A DNA stretch of 42,663 bases from assembly GCA_964203725.1 (NCBI GenBank), contig CAXNNK010000001.1, forward strand, positions 1 to 42,663. The letters run 5' to 3'. The translations under genes and the position numbers were made by a program. Of this stretch, positions 36,709 to 42,663 are shown in pieces (positions within the stretch are counted from its first letter, which is position 1; each line of letters opens with the position of its first letter). The notes below the pieces were generated by a model. The model ran no database searches. It was not told the DNA's origin and was given only the letters and a program-made list of their open reading frames with translations. The DNA is from Ilumatobacteraceae bacterium. Its GTDB lineage: Bacteria; Actinomycetota; Acidimicrobiia; Acidimicrobiales; Ilumatobacteraceae.

Positions 36709-37184
36709 CTCCGCGCACATCTTCTGATAACGCACCGTTAGCGCCGAGAAGGCGCAACACAAAATGGGGGTATGTTGCGGTACTCGCCGTGATTGTGGTC
36801 GCGGGGGGCACGATTGTCACCAATTTTCTCACATCAGCCATTGACTATTACTGCAATGTCGACGAAATTGGCCTTCGCGCGGGATGCGAAGCCGGAAGAC
36901 GTATTCGGGTGCAGGGCACAGTTGAAAAAGGGTCATTGAAGTCAGTCAATAACTCCACAAACTTTGTGATGATTTTTAATGAGAAAGCTATTCAGGTTGT
37001 ATATGAAGGCGACCCTGGTGGCATTTTTCAGGAGTGCATACCGGTGGTTGCACAAGGTCGACTCGTGAGTGATGTCTTTGAGGCAACGCGCATTGAAGTG
37101 AAACACTCCAACGCCTATGTCGCTGACAATACTGATCGACTAACAAAGGCGGAGGCACAAGAATGTTCGCCGCAGGCGGGGTAA
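36699..37184 (+). CDS. ccmE: Cytochrome c-type biogenesis heme chaperone CcmE
   Basis: N-terminal anchor WGYVAVLAVIVVAGG, OB-fold-like IRVQGTVEKGSL, and the heme-binding HxxxY as KHSNAY. TTG start. Confidence 0.85.
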   Translation: MDLTPRTSSDNAPLAPRRRNTKWGYVAVLAVIVVAGGTIVTNFLTSAIDYYCNVDEIGLRAGCEAGRRIRVQGTVEKGSLKSVNNSTNFVMIFNEKAIQVVYEGDPGGIFQECIPVVAQGRLVSDVFEATRIEVKHSNAYVADNTDRLTKAEAQECSPQAG

Positions 37185-39130
37185 GTAGTTCACTAGGGCG
37201 AGCGTTCTTGCTCGTCGGCATCATCGGTTCGCTGTTTGGTGCACTTGCCTCGATCAGTAGTGCACGGTCACGTGACCGAACTGTTGCGCGACTGATACCA
37301 CGTTTTGCAATATTGATTTTTGCTGCGGCTGTGGGTGCGTTTGCGACTATGGAATACGCGATGATCACACGTGATTTTTCGATGGCGTATGTGCAAAAAG
37401 TTGGTTCGACTGCAACGCCCGCGCTCTACAACTTTGCAGCAGTGTGGAGTGCTCTTGAGGGATCGCTGTTGATGTGGGTACTTATTTTGGCTGGCTACAC
37501 AGTGGCCGTTTGTTTTTGGTTGCGCAAAAAGATGGACGACGTATTGGCCAACTGGGCAATGGGTGTGATGTTCATTGTCTCCATGTTTTTCTTTTTGCTG
37601 TCGTTCGGTCCAGCAAATCCGTTTGCTGCAGGTGCGCCCGGAGTATTCGACGGACCAGGGCCTAACCCGCTGTTGCAAAATCACATTCTGGTGATGTTTC
37701 ATCCACCGTTGTTGTACCTGGGCTACGTAGGGGTGACCGTTCCGTTTGCGTTTGCAATTGGGGCGCTTGTGACGGGCAGGGTTGGCGAAGGCTGGCTTTT
37801 GGCCACTCGACGGTGGACGCTATTTTCGTGGGGGTTTCTCACATTTGGAATCATTCTCGGCAGTTGGTGGAGTTACGAAGTCTTGGGCTGGAGCGGTGTG
37901 TGGGCATGGGACCCAGTTGAAAACGCATCGTTATTGCCGTGGATAACTGCGACGGCGTACATTCACTCTGTGTTGGTGCAAGAACGCCGCGGCATGTTGC
38001 GAGTATGGAATCTTTCGTTGCTTGTTTCCACATTTAGTTTGACGATTCTCGGCACGTTTCTTACTCGCAGTGGTGTGCTCAACAGCGTGCACGCATTTAG
38101 CGAAAGTGCCATTGGCCCATGGTTATTGGCATTCTTTGCCATCATCGTGATTGTTTCAATTGGCCTGATCGGTTGGCGAGGTGACAGGTTGCATGCGCCA
38201 GGCAGTATCGACTCGGTGGTGTCGCGCGAGGGTGCGTTTTTAATAAACAATGTGTTGTTTGCCCTGTTTGCATTTGTCGTGCTATTGGGAACTGTCTTTC
38301 CACTTATTGTTGAGGCCTTGCAGTCGCGCAGTATCACTGTTGGTGAACCGTTTTTCGACAAGCTCGTTGCGCCAATTGGTCTTGCGATACTCACGATCAT
38401 GGCCATCGCACCCGTGTTGCCATGGCGCAAGGCTTCTGCCGAGTTGCTCAGCACTCGGTTGTTCTGGCCGGCATGGTGTGGCGTTGGGGCATTGGGCATC
38501 AGTGTTGTTGTTGGCGCAACCGGGTTTATGCCATTGCTCACGTTTGCTCTCGGTGGGTTTGCGAGTGGCTCGGCATTGCGTCAGGTGGTGTTGGCTACAC
38601 GCAAGCAGGGCCTGCGCGGATTGGTTGGTCGCACAAACGGTGGGATGATTGTGCATGTTGGTGTCATCGTGATTGCGGTAGCGCTCGCTGCATCCAACAG
38701 TTTTACGCACAGCCAAGAATTGTTTTTAAAAACTGGCACACCCGCATACTTTTCTGGACACAGTTTTGAATTGATCAAGATCTTCGAAGAAACAACCGAT
38801 CGTGCGATCAGTGTGAAGGCATTGATCTCGATTGATGGCGGCAAGGCGTATGCTCCTGCCATCACCAAGTACACGAAGATTGGCATGAACATCGGTACGC
38901 CTTCGGTAAAGACAGGCATTCTGGGAGACATCTATCTGACGCTTGAGCCACCTATCAAGCAAGACTCTGGTGAGGCGCACATCAAAGTATTTATTAAGCC
39001 ACTACTTGTATGGCTGTGGATTGGCGGTTTTTTGATGGCCATTGGCACGGTGTTGGCAGCGTTTCCAGGCCGTCGTCGTAAGCCAACCGATGCAACGTCT
39101 GCATTAATAGGTAGCAACGATGTTGAGTGA
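37163..39130 (+). CDS. ccmF: Cytochrome c heme lyase subunit CcmF
   Basis: WWD motif WSGVWAWDPVENASLLPW. 655 aa polytopic protein. Confidence 0.9.
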   Translation: MFAAGGVSSSLGRAFLLVGIIGSLFGALASISSARSRDRTVARLIPRFAILIFAAAVGAFATMEYAMITRDFSMAYVQKVGSTATPALYNFAAVWSALEGSLLMWVLILAGYTVAVCFWLRKKMDDVLANWAMGVMFIVSMFFFLLSFGPANPFAAGAPGVFDGPGPNPLLQNHILVMFHPPLLYLGYVGVTVPFAFAIGALVTGRVGEGWLLATRRWTLFSWGFLTFGIILGSWWSYEVLGWSGVWAWDPVENASLLPWITATAYIHSVLVQERRGMLRVWNLSLLVSTFSLTILGTFLTRSGVLNSVHAFSESAIGPWLLAFFAIIVIVSIGLIGWRGDRLHAPGSIDSVVSREGAFLINNVLFALFAFVVLLGTVFPLIVEALQSRSITVGEPFFDKLVAPIGLAILTIMAIAPVLPWRKASAELLSTRLFWPAWCGVGALGISVVVGATGFMPLLTFALGGFASGSALRQVVLATRKQGLRGLVGRTNGGMIVHVGVIVIAVALAASNSFTHSQELFLKTGTPAYFSGHSFELIKIFEETTDRAISVKALISIDGGKAYAPAITKYTKIGMNIGTPSVKTGILGDIYLTLEPPIKQDSGEAHIKVFIKPLLVWLWIGGFLMAIGTVLAAFPGRRRKPTDATSALIGSNDVE

Positions 39131-39683
39131 GAAAAAAGTGAAGCCAGTTGCGCCAATCGCAGCAACTGTGGTGGGCATCGTGCTTGTGTGTCTGCTGTGG
39201 GTGTTGGTCGGTGCCAAACCTAATCCGTCCGACAACGCCGACTCACCGCTGCTTGGGCAGCCAGCGCCTGCGGTAGTGACAACAACACTTGAAGACAAAC
39301 CATTTGATTTGTCTCGGCGCAAAGGATCGTGGGTCGTGTTCAACTTTTTCAACTCGACTTGTGTTCCCTGTCGAATCGAACATCCGGAGTTGCTGACATT
39401 TGCACAAAATCAATTGTCGACTGACAACCCTGCAGAGCTTTATACGGTGATTAATGACGATGACGACACCGCAGTCTTGGCATTTTTTGCAGAAAACAAA
39501 GGTGACTGGCAAAAGATTCGCGACAATGACGGCGCCATTGCAGTTGGCTTCGGTGTTGCCAAGGTTCCAGAGACGTGGATCATTGATCCAAACGGTTACG
39601 TGCGCTTACGGATTGCAGGACAACTCTCGGAAGGTTTGCTTGACGAGCAGATGTCGATACTGAAAGTGCAATTTGGATCATGA
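39120..39683 (+). CDS. ccmG: Thiol:disulfide oxidoreductase CcmG/DsbE
   Basis: N-terminal anchor, active site CVPC, and GVAKVPETWIIDPNG (the CcmG GVxGxPETFxID block). Confidence 0.85.
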   Translation: MLSEKKVKPVAPIAATVVGIVLVCLLWVLVGAKPNPSDNADSPLLGQPAPAVVTTTLEDKPFDLSRRKGSWVVFNFFNSTCVPCRIEHPELLTFAQNQLSTDNPAELYTVINDDDDTAVLAFFAENKGDWQKIRDNDGAIAVGFGVAKVPETWIIDPNGYVRLRIAGQLSEGLLDEQMSILKVQFGS

Positions 39684-40156
39684 GCACATCAAACAAACTC
39701 AACAACAAGTACTCGTGGATTTTTATGGCTGCGATTGCTAGCGCACTATTACTTTTTGGTGGCTTGCGCGACAGTGGCCCACGTTCACAACAAGATCGCA
39801 TTGATGCAATCACATCACAACTTGCTTGCCCTACCTGTCAGGGCGAGAGCGTGTATGTGTCTCGGGCATCTGCTGCAGAAGCAATTCGGGCAGAGGTTGC
39901 ACGACAGGTTGGCAGCGGTTTGCGCACCGATGACGAAACGATTGCCTATATTGAGCAGCGCTTTGGTAGCAAGGTGTTGCTCCTGCCTCGATCAACTGGC
40001 ATTGATTCGTTGGTGTGGGCATTGCCGATTGCCGCGTTGATCTGCGGTGCGGCAGCACTTGGTGTGGTCTTTAGAAAATGGCGCACTGCCGATGATGGTG
40101 ACCCAAGTGCCGATGACAGTGCATTGGTTGATGCCGCAATGGCTTCAGACTCATGA
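39680..40156 (+). CDS. ccmH: Cytochrome c-type biogenesis protein CcmH/NrfF
   Basis: LACPTCQGESV (LRCxxCQ-type motif) between two TM helices. Confidence 0.8.
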   Translation: MSTSNKLNNKYSWIFMAAIASALLLFGGLRDSGPRSQQDRIDAITSQLACPTCQGESVYVSRASAAEAIRAEVARQVGSGLRTDDETIAYIEQRFGSKVLLLPRSTGIDSLVWALPIAALICGAAALGVVFRKWRTADDGDPSADDSALVDAAMASDS

Positions 40157-40884
40157 TGAATCCAGATGAACAAGCGAGCCTTGAAGAGGAGCGCAGGTTC
40201 TTGCTGGAATCTTTGCGCGACCTTGAGCGCGAAAATGAGGCTGGTGATATTGACGATGAAGATTACCGAGTACTGAAAAATGGATATGTACATCGTGCAG
40301 CGCAAATCATCAAGGTTTTGGATGCTGGCGTAGATGCTCGTGAGACTCGTCCTCGCGCATCGATGAAGCGCAGAGTTGGATCAGTAGCTGTTGTCGTGCT
40401 CATTGCAGGTGCCGTTGGTTGGTTTGTTGCAGGACAGTCTGGTCAGCGATTGCCAGGCCAAACATTGAGTGGAGGAATCGAAGACTCAACGGCATCAATG
40501 CTGTCCCAAGCACGAGCACTCAATTTTTCTGAACCAAAAACCGCTATTGATTTGTATTCAAAAGTGTTAGCGCTCAATCCAGATCATGTAGAGGCACTGA
40601 CATATCGCTCGTGGTTGATTGCGCTCGTTGCACGTGATGCGCCAGAAGATATGAAACTGTTGGCGCTTGTTGCAGCAACGCAAGGCCTTGGTCGCGCAAT
40701 TGACATAGAGCCCGACTACGCCGATGCTCATTGCTTTCTTGGCATTGTCCGCTTTCGTCTAGCGGGTGACGCGGCTGGGGCAAAAGAACAACTCGACATT
40801 TGTGCAGCGATGAATCCGCCGGCAGAGGTAAAAGGTTTCGTTGACTCAATTCGTGCCGAAGTGGCGACCGCACTCAATCAATAG
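40153..40884 (+). CDS. ccmI: CcmI/CycH-like TPR membrane protein
   Basis: One TM (VAVVVLIAGAVGWFVAG) followed by TPR-like repeats (AIDLYSKVLALNPDHVEALTY, ADAHCFLGIV). Last gene of the ccm run, with an ATGA overlap. Confidence 0.55.
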   Translation: MMNPDEQASLEEERRFLLESLRDLERENEAGDIDDEDYRVLKNGYVHRAAQIIKVLDAGVDARETRPRASMKRRVGSVAVVVLIAGAVGWFVAGQSGQRLPGQTLSGGIEDSTASMLSQARALNFSEPKTAIDLYSKVLALNPDHVEALTYRSWLIALVARDAPEDMKLLALVAATQGLGRAIDIEPDYADAHCFLGIVRFRLAGDAAGAKEQLDICAAMNPPAEVKGFVDSIRAEVATALNQ

Positions 40885-41356
40885 GCGGTGGTGGCCACGC
40901 GTGTCCCCGTGCAATGACATCGCCGTCGCGCTCGAGTACCCAAATAGAAGCTTTGCGCGAGTCGCGCATGCCAGTCACCACCATGCCTCGTCGCTCGAGG
41001 GCATCGGTCACCATTGGGATCATGTCGCCATGACTACAGAACACCGCACCATCTGCGCAATTTTCAAGCAACTCGAGCATCGGTTCAAAATCATTGTTCT
41101 CGGCGAGGCGTTCGTCTTCAATGATGACCAAGCCGGTCTGTTTGCCAAGTGGTGCGAGGGTCTGCACACATCGTTTAAACGGGCTCGAAAATAAGCTGGA
41201 GGGCTGTAGGCCGATGAGCCGATCGGCAATCGCGTTGGCTTGAAGTTTGCCTTTGGCGTCCAAGGGGCGCGGTCGGTCGTCGCCACGATTAGCGGAGTCG
41301 TTGAGCCATTCGCTGCGCTTGCCAGCCTTGGCATGTCGAAGCAAAAACAGTGCCAT
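40874..41356 (-). CDS. Histidine phosphatase family protein (SixA-like)
   Basis: MALFLLRHAKAG (RHA/G motif) and CSHGD. Confidence 0.75.
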   Translation of the reverse strand: MALFLLRHAKAGKRSEWLNDSANRGDDRPRPLDAKGKLQANAIADRLIGLQPSSLFSSPFKRCVQTLAPLGKQTGLVIIEDERLAENNDFEPMLELLENCADGAVFCSHGDMIPMVTDALERRGMVVTGMRDSRKASIWVLERDGDVIARGHAWPPPPID

Positions 41357-41359
41357 GCG

Positions 41360-41374
41360 TCGCTAATCTAGCGA
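41360..41374. promoter_or_regulatory. 6-3-6 inverted repeat TCGCTA-atc-TAGCGA abutting the SixA-like start codon
   Basis: Read directly. It begins 4 nt upstream of the minus-strand ATG (41356), in the 54-nt divergent gap. Confidence 0.25.
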
Positions 41375-41410
41375 AGCAACAAGGCAGACTGTATAGCGGA
41401 GAGATGAATT

Positions 41411-42022
41411 ATGGGCTTTTTTGATCGAAATCGTGAACAACTTGCAAACAAGGGTATTGATGACGCGCGCTTGCCGCCAGGTCAGTATTTGACTGAGCGA
41501 TTTCCTGTGCTGCACGTTGGTGATGTGCCTACGTATGCACCAGGTGATTGGGATCTCAAAATATTTGGTCTTGTCGACAAACCATTCACGATCAATCTGG
41601 ATGAATTGAAAAGCATGCCGGCTGTGACATTGCTGACCGACATTCACTGCGTGACCAAGTGGTCAAAGTTTGACACCACGTGGAAAGGCGTGCGCGTACG
41701 CGACTTGTTTGAGCGCGCTGGAATGCAATCAGGTGCTGCGTACATCATGGGTCATGCCGAACATGGGTACACCGCAAACTTGCCACTTGGTGATGTGCTG
41801 CTCGATGAATCACTCGTGGTCTACGAGTATGAAGGCGAAGAGATCGAACCAATTCATGGCGGCCCAGTGCGGTTGCTCGTGCCTCATTTGTATTTTTGGA
41901 AGTCACCAAAGTGGTTGCGCGGTCTTGAGTTGCGCGCAACAGACGCGCCAGGGTTCTGGGAGCAAAATGGATACAACATGTACGGAGATCCGTTTTTAGA
42001 ACAGCGTTTTTGGGGCGATTAA
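41411..42022 (+). CDS. Small sulfite-oxidase-family molybdopterin oxidoreductase (YuiH-like)
   Basis: IHCVTKWS (Moco Cys) and GGPVRLLVPHLYFWKSPKWL. GGAGAG RBS. Confidence 0.8.
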   Translation: MGFFDRNREQLANKGIDDARLPPGQYLTERFPVLHVGDVPTYAPGDWDLKIFGLVDKPFTINLDELKSMPAVTLLTDIHCVTKWSKFDTTWKGVRVRDLFERAGMQSGAAYIMGHAEHGYTANLPLGDVLLDESLVVYEYEGEEIEPIHGGPVRLLVPHLYFWKSPKWLRGLELRATDAPGFWEQNGYNMYGDPFLEQRFWGD

Positions 42023-42035
42023 AACGTTCTAAAAA
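41993..42035. terminator. Strong AU-rich hairpin straddling the stop codon (10 bp + 5 bp stem, 3-nt bulge, 10-nt loop)
   Basis: TTTTTAGAAC-agc-GTTTT tggggcgatt AAAAC-GTTCTAAAAA, read directly. It lies between convergent genes. Confidence 0.35.
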
Positions 42036-42045
42036 ACTGCTCGAG

Positions 42046-42462
42046 CTAGATAGTAGTTGCGCAAAATGTGTCGCCCTGTGGGAGCGATGCAGACAACTCG
42101 GGTGATGTGTCACCGTAAATTGCGGTGAGCATTCCTTTGACCATTCCTCGGTCAACTGCGCAAATAACTGGATGCTCAATTGCAACATCGCCAAAAGGGC
42201 AGTGGTTGTTGACAATGCGCAACTGATTGTTGCGTTGATCGGTGTGCGCGGCAAAACCATGCGCAGTGAGTGCGTCGGCTACTGCTTGTAGTGCCGAGCG
42301 AAGTGATCGGTGTCCGGCAGAGATGTCGTCGCCTTTAAAACCTGCAGCCATCGCGGCGCCGTATTGCTGGCCAACTTGTTCGGCCATGATCTCTGCATCT
42401 TTGGTTGGCAGCAGTGCGAGCGCCTTACCTAATAGCGAGAGAACCAGATCTTCGCTGCGCAC
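42046..42462 (-). CDS. C-terminal Cys-containing domain of an ArsR/SufR-like regulator (ORF downstream of an in-frame TAG)
   Basis: GTG-initiated ORF with CPFGDVAIEHPVIC (C-X12-C) and a third Cys near the C-terminus. It is in the same frame as the wHTH ORF ending at 42475. Confidence 0.55.
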   Translation of the reverse strand: MRSEDLVLSLLGKALALLPTKDAEIMAEQVGQQYGAAMAAGFKGDDISAGHRSLRSALQAVADALTAHGFAAHTDQRNNQLRIVNNHCPFGDVAIEHPVICAVDRGMVKGMLTAIYGDTSPELSASLPQGDTFCATTI

Positions 42463-42474
42463 GGGAAACGTAAA

Positions 42475-42663
42475 CTAGGCACCGTCGCCAACAATGCGGT
42501 AGCGCTTCGAAGGACGACCAGCACCGCCGCCTTCAACGCGGTCGACGGCAACCTCGAGATATCCGCCAGCCGCAAGCTTGTCGAGATGGTGTCGAGCGAC
42601 GTTTGGGTGCACATCAAACTTGGCTGCAACTTGGGCTGCTGTTACGCCCGTCTCATAGTCGCG
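42475..42663 (-). CDS. Winged-HTH (ArsR-like) N-terminal domain; partial at the window edge, ends at TAG 42477..42475
   Basis: Manual translation: ...RDYETGVTAAQVAAKFDVHPNVARHHLDKLAAGGYLEVAVDRVEGGGAGRPSKRYRIVGDGA*. Confidence 0.55.
   Translation of the reverse strand, partial: RDYETGVTAAQVAAKFDVHPNVARHHLDKLAAGGYLEVAVDRVEGGGAGRPSKRYRIVGDGA

Noticed and set aside
42046-42462. Calling the interrupted regulator SufR
   Set aside because: C-X12-C matches the first SufR cysteine spacing, but the third Cys is about 30 residues away rather than 13. No suf genes are adjacent and the downstream gene is convergent.
1-42663. Mobile elements, CRISPR arrays, tRNA/rRNA genes, prophage or classical defence systems
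   Set aside because: No transposase, integrase or recombinase-like ORF was seen. No regularly spaced repeat array longer than the 15-bp sucC repeat was seen. No cloverleaf-like or rRNA-like non-coding stretch was seen. Every gap over 100 nt was inspected.

Overview
This is a compact, gene-dense chromosomal window: about 50 CDS, very little non-coding DNA, and many 1-4 nt start/stop overlaps. The housekeeping proteins look actinobacterial. Examples are a SucC starting MDLFEYQGK, SucD, cytosolic-type Mdh, IdeR with NPTTCPHGNPIPG, HelD, PcrA and a RipA-like NlpC/P60. GC looks moderate by eye but was not computed. Left to right, the window holds: guaA; a cell-wall hydrolase; a dienelactone hydrolase, YaaA and a P450; pcrA; a B12-domain gene with sucCD, an envelope acyltransferase and mdh; an M23 peptidase; a nitrogen-related block (nucleoside hydrolase, asparaginase II, aminotransferase, Nudix, HNH, amt); a hydrolase patch (haloalkane dehalogenase, MBL, Cys-type sulfatase, DinB-like, FAH); ybaK; two secreted unknowns; helD; a small-TM/TetR/IdeR/lipoprotein operon; a nine-gene System I cytochrome c maturation operon (ccmABCDEFGHI) preceded by a coupled crotonase-fold gene; a SixA-like phosphatase; a small molybdopterin oxidoreductase; and an interrupted wHTH regulator at the right edge. 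I saw no tRNA, rRNA, CRISPR array, transposase, integrase or recognisable defence system. I cannot point to one clear-cut novel system. The best candidates for a second look are: (1) a full System I Ccm operon in an actinobacterial background, with an extra coupled crotonase gene; (2) the in-frame amber codon splitting a Cys-rich regulator; (3) the overlapping pair of secreted proteins I cannot assign; (4) the tightly linked HNH-Nudix pair beside a GlnR-like site array; (5) the in-phase 15-bp repeat array upstream of sucC; (6) the sulfatase plus DinB-like pair. All family calls rest on motif recognition by eye in the supplied translations. No searches were run.
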